A stretch of DNA of 43,598 nucleotides from Elusimicrobiota bacterium (GCA_037137395.1 JBAXKK010000012.1:1-43598); one strand, 5' to 3'. Positions 8,195-18,866 are shown, counted from the first letter of the stretch. Numbers and translations are program-made. Notes: a model not told the origin generated them from the letters alone.

Positions 8195-9910
8195 ATGTTT
8201 AAAAAACTTTCGGCAAAAATATCTCTGGCCCTGATAGCGGTAATGTCGCTCCTGATGGCGGCATTCACTATCTACCTCGTCAAAAACCGCACCGCGGAAA
8301 TGAACCGGCTTATACTGGAAAAGGGAATCTCTGCGGCTACCGTTGGAGCCCGAATTACAGGCTATATACTGGATGGTGTGGTCGACAACGGCGTTTTTTC
8401 GCTAAAAGAGGTTTTTGACAGGGAGATGGCTCCAATCGAACTTCCGCCCTCTATAATGCAAAAATACCGCGCCGCTGGAATTGAACCGAAAGATTTGGCC
8501 GCCGCGCAGAGATATCACTATGCGAGCGGAATGGACTCCTACCTGGAAAACCAGCTTCTGCCGATGGAAGACGAATTTCTCAAAGACCCTCAGTTTGCCT
8601 ACGCTGTAGTTATAGATATGAACGGCTACCCCCCTGTTCACAACGCGATCTACAACAGGCCGCTGACCGGCGATTTTATTTCCGACCGCCAGCACAGCAG
8701 GGCCAAGCGCATTTTCAACGACGAAGCGGGAATAAAAGCCGCCTCACACGTCGAAAGCCCGTATCTCCTTCAAACCTATAGGAGGGACACCGGGGAACTC
8801 ATGTGGGATATCTCGTCCCCGGTTTTTGTAAAAGGCCGCCACTGGGGAGCTTTCAGGACCGGGTTTTCCATGAAAAAAACCGAGAAGGCCATTTCAAGCC
8901 TGCGCAACAAGCTCATCCTAATAATGGGATTTCTGCTCCTGATCATGGTAATAGTGATAGACAGGGTTACAGCCGTCATGATGAAGCCCCTTCTTGCGCT
9001 GCACGACGGCGTGGAAAAAGTGGCGAAGGGAGATCTTTCCTTCCACCAGACTGACGTCTCAGAAGATGAGGTCGGGGATCTGGCCAAGGCTTTCAACAGG
9101 ATGACGGAAGACCTGAAAGTTTATATAAAAAACCTCCGAAAAGCGACCGCCGAAAAAGAAAGAATAGAAAGCGAGCTGAACATCGCGCGCGAAATACAGC
9201 TCAGCATTCTTCCTAAAATATTCCCGCCGTTCCTGGGAATGCCGGGGCTGGATCTTTTTGCCGTGCTAAAATCGGCGCGCGAAGTGGGCGGCGACCTGTA
9301 TGACTTTTTTGCTATGGACGAAGAGCATTTTTGCTTTGTCATAGGCGACGTCAGCGGCAAGGGCGTGCCTGCTTCCCTTTTTATGGCGGTAACTAAAACC
9401 CTCTTCAAGGCGACGGCGCTGAAAGATACGCCGCCGGAAGTCGTACTGGAAAGAGTGAACTCCGAGCTGAGCGCGGGAAACGATAAAGCGATGTTCGTCA
9501 CCGCTTTTTTCGCGATCCTGAATACCAGGACAGGGGTGGTTGAATTTTCAAACGGCGGACACAATCTGCCGGTGATAATAAGAAAAGACGGAAGCGTCCA
9601 GTACCTGCCGCGCACGGGCGGCATGGTCGTGGGCGCGATGGATGGGATGAAGTTTGAGCACGGCACGCTGACGCTCGCCCCCGGAGACAGGTTCTTCCTG
9701 TATACAGACGGCGTTACAGAGGCCATGGACGAAAACAAGGTTTTATTTTCCGACGAGCGCCTGCTTAAAGAGCTGCGCCTTCTCGCGGGCCTGCCGGTAA
9801 AAGAAGTTCTGAACCGTCTGCTGGCGATGCTTGAGGATTATTCCAAAGGCGAGCAATCCGACGACATAACAATGATGCTGCTTGAGTACCAGGGACAGAA
9901 GCAAAGTTAG
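8195..9910 (+). CDS. Second membrane Ser phosphatase: sensor-HAMP-SpoIIE/PP2C
   Basis: Two TM helices, sensor with DMNGYPPVHN..RAKRIFND..YRRDTGE, HAMP, complete PP2C motifs. Confidence 0.92.
   Translation: MFKKLSAKISLALIAVMSLLMAAFTIYLVKNRTAEMNRLILEKGISAATVGARITGYILDGVVDNGVFSLKEVFDREMAPIELPPSIMQKYRAAGIEPKDLAAAQRYHYASGMDSYLENQLLPMEDEFLKDPQFAYAVVIDMNGYPPVHNAIYNRPLTGDFISDRQHSRAKRIFNDEAGIKAASHVESPYLLQTYRRDTGELMWDISSPVFVKGRHWGAFRTGFSMKKTEKAISSLRNKLILIMGFLLLIMVIVIDRVTAVMMKPLLALHDGVEKVAKGDLSFHQTDVSEDEVGDLAKAFNRMTEDLKVYIKNLRKATAEKERIESELNIAREIQLSILPKIFPPFLGMPGLDLFAVLKSAREVGGDLYDFFAMDEEHFCFVIGDVSGKGVPASLFMAVTKTLFKATALKDTPPEVVLERVNSELSAGNDKAMFVTAFFAILNTRTGVVEFSNGGHNLPVIIRKDGSVQYLPRTGGMVVGAMDGMKFEHGTLTLAPGDRFFLYTDGVTEAMDENKVLFSDERLLKELRLLAGLPVKEVLNRLLAMLEDYSKGEQSDDITMMLLEYQGQKQS
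9143..9895 (+). repeat. Copy 2 of the duplicated PP2C segment
   Basis: Long identical DNA runs shared with 6689-7441, e.g. GAAATACAGCTCAGCATTCTTCCTAAAATATTCCCGCCGTTCC. Confidence 0.9.
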
Positions 9911-9932
9911 CGGCAGTCGAAGGATTTGAAGG

Positions 9933-10643
9933 TCATTCTCCGAGGTAGGCGCGGCGGACCAGCGGATTATCATGAAGCTCAGCCGCCGACCCGCTGAGCT
10001 TGATTTCTCCCGCCTCCAGCACATACGCGCGCGAAGCAAGCGTTAAAGCCATGGCGGCGTTTTGCTCCACGATAAGAAGGGTCATTCCGCTCTTATGAAA
10101 ATCAGAAAGCATAGAAAAGACGTAATCTACCAGTTTCGGAGATAGCCCCATCGAGGGCTCATCAAGCAGCAGCAGTTTAGGACGGCTCATCAGCGCGCGC
10201 CCGAACGCCAGCATCTGCTGCTCTCCTCCTGAAAGCGTCCCGCCGGCCTGATTAAACCGCTCCTTAAGGCGGGGGAAGAACGCGAGCACCCGATCCAGAT
10301 CTTTTTCCACGCCGCCTTTTGAGGCGTGCACCCACCCGCCCAGCAGCAGATTTTCTTTGACGCTGAGATTGTAAAATATTCTCCTGCCCTCGGGAACATG
10401 CGCAACCCCCCTGCCCACTCTTTCGTGCGCCGGAACCGCCCCAAGATCCGCGCCTTCAAAGCTAACCGTTCCGCGGCTGGGAATAAGCCCTGAAACCGCC
10501 TTAAGGATGGAGGATTTCCCCGCCCCGTTCGCGCCAAGCAGCACAACAATTTCCCCGCTTTGGACCTCAAAAGAAACAGCGCGCACAGCCGCTATTACTC
10601 CGTAGTTGACCGTCATCCCGCTGACTTCAAGCATGGGCGTCAT
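9933..10643 (-). CDS. livF: Branched-chain amino acid ABC ATPase
   Basis: GANGAGKS, VPEGRRIF, LSGGEQQML, LDEPSMGL. Confidence 0.95.
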   Translation of the reverse strand: MTPMLEVSGMTVNYGVIAAVRAVSFEVQSGEIVVLLGANGAGKSSILKAVSGLIPSRGTVSFEGADLGAVPAHERVGRGVAHVPEGRRIFYNLSVKENLLLGGWVHASKGGVEKDLDRVLAFFPRLKERFNQAGGTLSGGEQQMLAFGRALMSRPKLLLLDEPSMGLSPKLVDYVFSMLSDFHKSGMTLLIVEQNAAMALTLASRAYVLEAGEIKLSGSAAELHDNPLVRRAYLGE

Positions 10644-11449
10644 TTAGCGCTCCCCATGTAAGCTTTCATAACTCCGGCGTCCGACCTGACCTGCTGGGGG
10701 CCGCCGTCGGCTATGACCATTCCGAAATCCAGGACTACGATATGGGAGCACATCCCCATGACAAGCCGCATCTGATGCTCGATAAGAAGCACCGTAAGGG
10801 AAAGCTGCTTCTTCAGCTCCAGAATAAACGACATCAGCTGCTCCACTTCGCCCGGATGCATGCCCGCGGCGGGCTCGTCCAGCAGGATGAGCGACGGATT
10901 TGTGGCCGCGGCGCGCAATATTTCAAGCCGGCGCTGAGATCCGTAAGGAAGATTTTTAGAAACCTCATCGGTGCTTCCGCCCAGGCCGAACCTGTCCAGC
11001 AGATCCCTGCTTTCCTCCGTCACTCTTTTCTCCTCGCTCCGGTGCCTGCCGGAGTGAAACAGCGCCTCAAGGGGATTAACCTTCATGCGGGCGTAATGGG
11101 CCGCCCTGACATTATCCAGGACTGTCAGCTCTTTAAAAAGGCGGATGTTTTGAAATGTGCGGGCTATGCCAAGCTCGGTTATCTCCGAGGAGCGCATGCC
11201 CTCTATCGCGCGGCCCTGAAAAATAATTTTTCCTATCGAAGGGGTGTACACCCCGGTTATAAGATTGAAAACTGTAGTTTTTCCTGCCCCGTTAGGTCCG
11301 ATGATTCCCGCGAGCTCTCCCGGAGCGACGGAGAAATTAACTCCGCTGAGGGCGCGAAGCCCCCCGAAATGATGCGTGACATCTTTCAATTCCAGCGCCG
11401 CGCGGCCGGCTGCCGGGGAGGGAAGTTTTAAATTACCTGAGATTGTCAT
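10640..11449 (-). CDS. livG: Branched-chain amino acid ABC ATPase
   Basis: GPNGAGKT, ARTFQNIRLF, LPYGSQRRLEI, LDEPAAG. Confidence 0.95.
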   Translation of the reverse strand: MTISGNLKLPSPAAGRAALELKDVTHHFGGLRALSGVNFSVAPGELAGIIGPNGAGKTTVFNLITGVYTPSIGKIIFQGRAIEGMRSSEITELGIARTFQNIRLFKELTVLDNVRAAHYARMKVNPLEALFHSGRHRSEEKRVTEESRDLLDRFGLGGSTDEVSKNLPYGSQRRLEILRAAATNPSLILLDEPAAGMHPGEVEQLMSFILELKKQLSLTVLLIEHQMRLVMGMCSHIVVLDFGMVIADGGPQQVRSDAGVMKAYMGSAK

Positions 11450-12438
11450 TTCGCCTTCCCCGCGCCGCGCCCGAAAGAAGGACTCAGCCAGCGCGCTTCG
11501 CGATAGCCCATTATTCCCTTAGGGCGAAAGATCATAAGCAGAATAAGAAGCAGCGGCATAACCGCCATGCGCCAGATTCCGAGGGGGCGCAGCGCTTCGA
11601 GCAAAACGGTGTAAGTGGCGGCCCCGATTATAGAGCCCGCGATGGAGCCCACCCCTCCCAGATAAACCATAACCAGCATCTCCGTGGATTTTACGATATC
11701 GAAAACCCCGGGGCTTATATACTGAATAAGGTGAGCGTAAAGCCCTCCGGCTATCCCGGCGAAAAAAGAGGAGACGACAAAGGCCAGCATCTTCACGTTC
11801 CTGGTGTTTACACCCGTCAAATCGGCGGCGATCTCATCCTCGCGCACCGCTAAAACCCCGCGGCCGAAGCGGGAATAGATGAAATTTTTTATTATCCAGA
11901 CCGTAGCGACAGTCCAGAAAAAAACCCACGGGAGAGTCGTGAGCTTATCCATGCCGAGGAAGCCGCGGGGCCCGCCGACGGCGTCTATGTTTTCTATAAC
12001 GGATTTAACTATCATGCTGAAGGCGAGGGTTACGATGGCCAGATAATCGCCGCGCGTCTTAAAAGACGGCACGGCGACCGCCAGCCCCACCACGCCGGCG
12101 GCCATGCCTCCTGCCAGCACCGCGCACGGGAAGACCCAGACGGGAGAATAAGAAGCGAGCACCTTTACGCTTAAAATAGAGGAGACATAGGCCCCGGCCG
12201 CCATGAACCCCGCGTGCCCGACCGAAAATTCTCCCATGTAGCCGTTGACGAGATTCAGGCTCAGCGTAAGGATCAGGTTGATCCCTATAAGCATCAGAAT
12301 AAGCTGGAGGTAATTATCAAGAAGGTTAAACCGGGCGACAGCCAGAGCCAGCATAAAGCCGGCCGCGACCACGACCTTAACGGATAAATATTTACCAAGG
12401 ACGCCGGCGGGGCGCATAAACTCCATGATTTTTCTCAT
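11446..12438 (-). CDS. livM: Branched-chain amino acid ABC permease
   Basis: GEFSVGHAGF, RGDYLAIVTLAF, AVREDEIAA. Confidence 0.93.
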   Translation of the reverse strand: MRKIMEFMRPAGVLGKYLSVKVVVAAGFMLALAVARFNLLDNYLQLILMLIGINLILTLSLNLVNGYMGEFSVGHAGFMAAGAYVSSILSVKVLASYSPVWVFPCAVLAGGMAAGVVGLAVAVPSFKTRGDYLAIVTLAFSMIVKSVIENIDAVGGPRGFLGMDKLTTLPWVFFWTVATVWIIKNFIYSRFGRGVLAVREDEIAADLTGVNTRNVKMLAFVVSSFFAGIAGGLYAHLIQYISPGVFDIVKSTEMLVMVYLGGVGSIAGSIIGAATYTVLLEALRPLGIWRMAVMPLLLILLMIFRPKGIMGYREARWLSPSFGRGAGKAK

Positions 12439-13310
12439 ACCTTCTGACTCTCAGCGCGTCCGAGCAGCCCATGCGGACGGAAAATAAGCAGGATAAGAAG
12501 GAGAGAGAACGCCACGAGGTCGCGATAAGTTGACGGCAAAAAAGCGGCCGTCATTATCTCGACGGTGCCAAGGATATAGGCGCCAAGTACGGCGCCGCGT
12601 ATATTTCCGATTCCGCCGATTACGGCGGAGATGAAGGCCTTCCACCCTATAATAATCCCGATATACGGATCTATCACGGGATATGCCATGGCGTACATGA
12701 CCCCAGCCGCTCCGCCGAGCCCGGACCCCAGTGCGAAAGTTAGCGCGATTATTCTGTCAACGGGAACGCCCATCAGCGGAACGATGCCACGGTCGGCCGA
12801 AATAGCCCTCATGGCGAGACCAACTCTTGTCTTGTTGACCACAAGATAGAGCGCAAGCATCAGAATGAAAGAAATGCTTATGGTGGCGATCTGAAAAATG
12901 GAAACCGACACGCCTCCCGCGTTAAAGCTGAATGAGGGGAGCACAGGGGGAATATATTTGGGATACGGGCTGAGCCCCAGCGTAAAATGTTCCAGGAAAA
13001 TTCCGACGCCGAGCGAGGTTATTATGGCCGACGCCTTTGGGGCGTTTCGCAAAGGGCGGTAGGCGACGCGCTCCGTGGCGACGCCGAGCATAGTTACGCC
13101 TGCCATCGCCATCAGCAGCACGGGGATAAATGAAAGATGCAATACCACGACCCCGACAAAACAAAGGAACGCTCCCACCATAAAAAAATCGCCGTGCGCG
13201 AAGTTTATCATGGACAGCACGCCGTAGACCATTGTGTAGCCGAGGGCGATGAGCGCGTATACGCTGCCCAGCTGCGCGGCGTTCAGCGCCTGCTGAAAGA
13301 AATATATCAC
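12435..13310 (-). CDS. livH: Branched-chain amino acid ABC permease
   Basis: YALIALGYTMVYG, INFAHG, KAFISAVIGGIG. Confidence 0.95.
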   Translation of the reverse strand: MIYFFQQALNAAQLGSVYALIALGYTMVYGVLSMINFAHGDFFMVGAFLCFVGVVVLHLSFIPVLLMAMAGVTMLGVATERVAYRPLRNAPKASAIITSLGVGIFLEHFTLGLSPYPKYIPPVLPSFSFNAGGVSVSIFQIATISISFILMLALYLVVNKTRVGLAMRAISADRGIVPLMGVPVDRIIALTFALGSGLGGAAGVMYAMAYPVIDPYIGIIIGWKAFISAVIGGIGNIRGAVLGAYILGTVEIMTAAFLPSTYRDLVAFSLLLILLIFRPHGLLGRAESQKV

Positions 13311-13361
13311 GTCTTACATCCGGGGAGAAAAAAATAAATTTTCATTAAAAACTTTCCGCGG

Positions 13362-14525
13362 TTACGGCTGCGCGTCGGCAAACCAGGCGAACCCGCCGTT
13401 TTTAATCCGCAGAATCACCGCGCCTTTTACGGGGTCGCCGGAGCCCGCGCTGTACTTAATAACTCCCGTGACTCCGGGATAAGCAGGCACCTGGGAAAGA
13501 GCGTCCCGCACAGCCGATCTGTCAAGCTTCCCCGCCAGCGCGATAGCTTTGACAAGAACGCCTAAGGCGTCGTAGGCCAGCGCGGCCACGTCGTCGGGGG
13601 TGGCGCCGCCGAATTGGGCCCTGTATTGCGCGATAAACTTCTGCGTGACCGGATTAGTAGTGCCGGGAGAGTAATGATTTAAAAGGTAAGATCCCTCGCA
13701 GTCAGCGCCGCACATCCTGACCAGATCTTCGCTGCTCCAGGCATCAGACCCCAAAAACGGAACCTTGATCCCGAGCCGGCGCGCCTGCTGAACCTGCAGG
13801 GGGACGTCCGTGTAATAGCTTGGCAGGAAGATCAGGTCGGGTTTCGCGCTTTTAATTTTGGTGAACTGAGCGGAAAAATCCTTATCCCCTTTCGTGTAGG
13901 TCTCAAAAGCCACGATCGTGCCGCCGTTTTTTTCAAAACTTTTCCTGAATATTTCAGCCTGAATTTTGAGCACATCGGAGGCGACATCGTAAAGAATCGC
14001 CACTTTATTGGCCTTAAGCTCCTTGCGGGCAAAACCTCCCAGCACCTTACCCTCAAAAGTATCGGTAAAACAGGCCCGGAAAACAAATTTCTTAGGCTGC
14101 CCGGATTTAGCGTCTATAGTGGTTTTGGGATCCGTAGACCACGGAGTCATCAGCACCATCCCGGCTTTTTCCGCAATCTCCGCCGCGGGCAGCGCGTTGC
14201 TGCTTGAATTGGGTCCGACGATGGCGATTACCTTGGAATAGGTTATCAGCTTTTGCGTTACCGTTGCGGCCTGCTCAGGCTTAGAAGCGCTGTCCTCAAT
14301 AAAAAGTTCTATTTTTTTAATTACCCCGTCCACCATTATGCCGCCGGCGTCGTTTATTTCCTTGGCCGCCATCTGCGCGCCGTTTTTGCAGGAAGCACCC
14401 ACGGCGGGGATGGCGCCGGTTATCTCAGCTATTACTCCTATGCGCACCGTGTCGTTTTTAAATTTACCGCAGCCTGCCAGAATAAAAAAAACCATCAAAG
14501 CCATTGGAATATTTCTAGTTTTCAT
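13362..14525 (-). CDS. livK: Branched-chain amino acid ABC substrate-binding lipoprotein (LivK/LivJ family)
   Basis: Lipobox LAGC, EINDAGGI, FRACFTD, DFSAQFTKIK. Confidence 0.9.
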   Translation of the reverse strand: MKTRNIPMALMVFFILAGCGKFKNDTVRIGVIAEITGAIPAVGASCKNGAQMAAKEINDAGGIMVDGVIKKIELFIEDSASKPEQAATVTQKLITYSKVIAIVGPNSSSNALPAAEIAEKAGMVLMTPWSTDPKTTIDAKSGQPKKFVFRACFTDTFEGKVLGGFARKELKANKVAILYDVASDVLKIQAEIFRKSFEKNGGTIVAFETYTKGDKDFSAQFTKIKSAKPDLIFLPSYYTDVPLQVQQARRLGIKVPFLGSDAWSSEDLVRMCGADCEGSYLLNHYSPGTTNPVTQKFIAQYRAQFGGATPDDVAALAYDALGVLVKAIALAGKLDRSAVRDALSQVPAYPGVTGVIKYSAGSGDPVKGAVILRIKNGGFAWFADAQP

Positions 14526-14625
14526 GATGTCTCCTCATAACAACTGTTAATTAATTTTTATAAAAATTTCAGCCACCGCCGGACTTCCCTTGCTTAAAGA
14601 CGACTACCGACGATTCCTTAGTTCA

Positions 14626-14634
14626 ATTATAACA
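14626..14634 (-). promoter_or_regulatory. Extended -10 element for the liv operon
   Basis: Minus strand reads TGTTATAAT (TGn-TATAAT) about 100 nt upstream of livK; no clear -35. Confidence 0.4.
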
Positions 14635-14763
14635 CAATAATGCGCCCGCCTCTAACAGGCGGACGGCAGGATTAGGCCTGAAAAACCGGTGAAACTATTG
14701 TAGAATATATTATGCTTACGCAGGTATCCGCCTTACGCGGATGCGCGCCAGACGGACATATTC

Positions 14764-14838
14764 GGGCGGTTAGCTCAGCGGTAGAGCACTGTCCTCACAC
14801 GACAGGGGTCACAGGTTCAAATCCTGTACCGCCCACCA
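14764..14838 (+). tRNA. tRNA-Val (anticodon CAC)
   Basis: Full cloverleaf: GGGCGGT/ACCGCCC acceptor stem, GCTC/GAGC D-arm, CTGTC-CTCACAC-GACAG anticodon arm, TTCAAAT T-loop, encoded CCA. Confidence 0.97.
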
Positions 14839-15010
14839 GATTTCAGAGAGTTCGGCCGGAACAAAGCACCCTGACCGGCCTTTCACCCGCCTCAACGGCC
14901 TGTGACTCCCGCGCTAACCTGCAAAATAATTCTGTCCCCATACTCCTCCTATGAGAACTACTCTGAACTGCAGGATTCAGGATAAGTGTGGCTGGAGTTT
15001 TTTGTTTTAA

Positions 15011-16309
<1,299 letters not shown>

Positions 16310-16334
16310 CGCGGCCCGGACCGAAAGCTTATAA

Positions 16335-16370
16335 AAAGCCCGGCGGCCTTTAAACAGGCCGCCGGGCTTT
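16335..16370 (+). terminator. Intrinsic terminator after eno
   Basis: AAAGCCCGGCGGCCT-TTAAAC-AGGCCGCCGGGCTTT perfect 15-bp stem. Confidence 0.85.
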
Positions 16371-16460
16371 CAAATTCCAGTGTTAACGACTTCCGCATAA
16401 AGTAGGTGCGCGAAGCGCGCCAAAATTATAGAATATCCGGCAGGACGAGCAAAAACATAT

Positions 16461-17129
16461 ATGGAACTACTTCAAGAATTGGCGCGGTTATCGGCGCAGT
16501 TTGCCGACCTGTTCCTGCACCTGGATAAATATCTGGGGGCGGTCATACAGAGCTACGGAAACTGGACGTATCTTATACTTTTTCTGATAATCTTCTGCGA
16601 GACCGGGTTTGTAATCACCCCATTACTGCCGGGTGACTCCCTTCTTTTCGCTATAGGCATGTTCGCCGCCGCAGGAGCCATAGACCTCTCAACAATCTGG
16701 CCGCTCCTGATATTTGCATCCATCCTGGGAGACAATGTTAACTACGGCATTGGAAACTTCCTCGGTCCGAAAGTATTTCACTACGAAAACTCCAGGATAT
16801 TCAAGAAGGAGTATCTGCAGAAGACCCACACCTTTTACGAGAAGTACGGCGGCATGACCATAATACTGGCGAAATATGTTCCCATCGTGCGCACCTTCGC
16901 GCCATTCGTGGCCGGAGTCGGCGCTATGACATATCCGAAGTTCCTGCTGTTCAACGTGATCGGCGGGTTCACCTGGGTGACGGTCATAATGCTCTCCGGC
17001 TATTATTTCGGCAATATCCCGGTTATAAAGAACAATTTCACTGTGGTCGTCATGGCAATAGTGTTCATCTCTGTTCTCCCTGGCCTCCTTGGCTACCTGC
17101 GGCACAGGAAAACCGCAAGGAAACCGTAA
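16461..17129 (+). CDS. dedA: DedA family membrane protein
   Basis: FCETG..LPGDSLLF, GDNVNY, PIVRTFAPFVAG. Confidence 0.93.
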   Translation: MELLQELARLSAQFADLFLHLDKYLGAVIQSYGNWTYLILFLIIFCETGFVITPLLPGDSLLFAIGMFAAAGAIDLSTIWPLLIFASILGDNVNYGIGNFLGPKVFHYENSRIFKKEYLQKTHTFYEKYGGMTIILAKYVPIVRTFAPFVAGVGAMTYPKFLLFNVIGGFTWVTVIMLSGYYFGNIPVIKNNFTVVVMAIVFISVLPGLLGYLRHRKTARKP

Positions 17130-17352
17130 AAAGGCCGAAAAGTCGTTGACACGCTATCCGGACACAATTCCAATCATGGGAAAAAGAAGGGTGGGCATTA
17201 CCGCGCTAAGCGTCGTTTCCCAGACCAGATCCTGAATGCGACCTGGATCATGTTCCTCAAATTCCCCGCAAAGCCGCGATAAAGACGGTTCTTTCCAATT
17301 CCTTCGATTTTGGCTCCAACAACACCTGTCTTGTATTTAAGAAATATACGCC

Positions 17353-17380
17353 TTGACAAGTCAACCCGGTCTGCTATACT
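17353..17380 (+). promoter_or_regulatory. Strong sigma70-type promoter with a palindrome over the -35
   Basis: TTGACA, 16 nt, TATACT with extended TG; TTGAC-AA-GTCAA inverted repeat at 17353-17364. Confidence 0.7.
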
Positions 17381-17538
17381 ATCTGAGCGCTTGTTTTTGC
17401 GGTTTCCGCTGTGATTCTCACAAAACCAAGAGCTGAATGTAGGTCCAAAGCCCTATTGACCCATAGGTCCAAGGGCCTTTGAAACCCCGGGTTATTTGAG
17501 CGATACTATATTTAGAGGCTGATAAAGGACACAAAGAT

Positions 17539-18855
17539 ATGAAACGGAACATCCTGATACTAGCAGTTGCCGCGCTTGCCGCGCTGATGGTGAACATCAA
17601 AGCGGAGGATATTTCTTTTGAGCGCCTCTCTGCCGGAGTGGGTGAGATAAGAGCCGAGTCATCCAATATCCCGGATCCTTTCCCCGCGGCCGCGGAGATT
17701 TCCAAGACAACCCCGGCGGCGCCGCCCGAGTGGCTTATCCTCATATTCATAAACGGCGTTAATAACCTGGGCATAGCCGGCTTCGCGGATAAAAACATAA
17801 ACGCCATGGAGAAGATCGGTTCCACCGACAAGGTCGCTGTGGTGACCGAGTTCCGCACACTCGGCCGGGACCCCGATTCGTTTAATATCACATTCCCGCG
17901 CGCCTCCAACACCATCCTTATACAAAAAGACGATCTCCCGAGCATCATAACCTCCGAGCTGATAGCCTCCAATAACGACAAGGATATGGGTAGCGCGGAC
18001 CACTTCGTCCGGTTCGCGCGGCGCAACATCCGCAAGTTCCCGGGGGCCAAAAAGGTCGCTATCATCCTATGGAACCACGGCGGTGGGCGCGCCGGCATCG
18101 CGTGGGATGATGTCAGCGGCCACCATATGGAAGTTGACCAGTTGGGTCAGGCGCTGTCAAAAATAAAAGGGGAGCTGAAACACAAAATCGATATTTTCGC
18201 CACGGACGCCTGCCTCATGCAGATGGCCGAAGTGGTCTATGAACTGAAGGATTCAGTTTCGGTTATCGTGGGCTCCGAAGAGCTTATACCCGGAGACGGC
18301 TATCCTTACGATAAAATATTGGCGCCGCTGGTCGCCAACCCCGGCATGTCGGACGAGGCCTTGGGCAAGCTCATTGTGGACGCTTACGGCACGCACTATT
18401 CCGCCACCAATACGGCCACGCTTTCAGCGCTCAGAACCTCAGCTCTGCCGGGATTCCTGAGCCTGTTGAATAACTGGGTGCAAGCCGTTACCGCCGACGC
18501 CGAAGCGTTTAAAGCCGCAACCGCGGAGAGAATGGTTAATCGTATTTATGATTTTCCCCACGACGAAAGGAGCGCTAAGCGGCAAGACTCAAAAGACTTG
18601 TACGATTACCTCTCAAATGTCGGCCGCAGCCTGCCGGATGGCACGGCAGCCGTTACAGCCGGGTCGGCCCTCAAGGAATACATCGCCAACGACCTTATTA
18701 TCCGCAAAACCGCGATGGCGCCCAAGGCCCATGGGTTGGCCATACACATTCCGGATCTCCAATATGAGTCGGGCAATTACCAAAAATTCGCCTTCACCAA
18801 GGATTCTGAATGGGCCCGTTTTATAAAACTCATAACGGAGGAACGGCTTAAATAG
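17539..18855 (+). CDS. Secreted clostripain-family (C11) cysteine peptidase
   Basis: Signal peptide, WNHGGG (catalytic His), DACLM (catalytic Cys), GSEELIPGDGYPY. Confidence 0.88.
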   Translation: MKRNILILAVAALAALMVNIKAEDISFERLSAGVGEIRAESSNIPDPFPAAAEISKTTPAAPPEWLILIFINGVNNLGIAGFADKNINAMEKIGSTDKVAVVTEFRTLGRDPDSFNITFPRASNTILIQKDDLPSIITSELIASNNDKDMGSADHFVRFARRNIRKFPGAKKVAIILWNHGGGRAGIAWDDVSGHHMEVDQLGQALSKIKGELKHKIDIFATDACLMQMAEVVYELKDSVSVIVGSEELIPGDGYPYDKILAPLVANPGMSDEALGKLIVDAYGTHYSATNTATLSALRTSALPGFLSLLNNWVQAVTADAEAFKAATAERMVNRIYDFPHDERSAKRQDSKDLYDYLSNVGRSLPDGTAAVTAGSALKEYIANDLIIRKTAMAPKAHGLAIHIPDLQYESGNYQKFAFTKDSEWARFIKLITEERLK

Positions 18856-18866
18856 CCGCAAGACCT

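Noticed and set aside
6689..9895. Duplicated segment as a DGR template/variable repeat pair
   Set aside because: Differences are not adenine-specific, both copies are intact coding domains, and no reverse transcriptase is present
17160..17300. TPP-riboswitch-like words (ACCTGGATCA) or a small ORF after dedA
   Set aside because: Lacks the CTGAGA element and TPP architecture; no convincing start or RBS for an ORF
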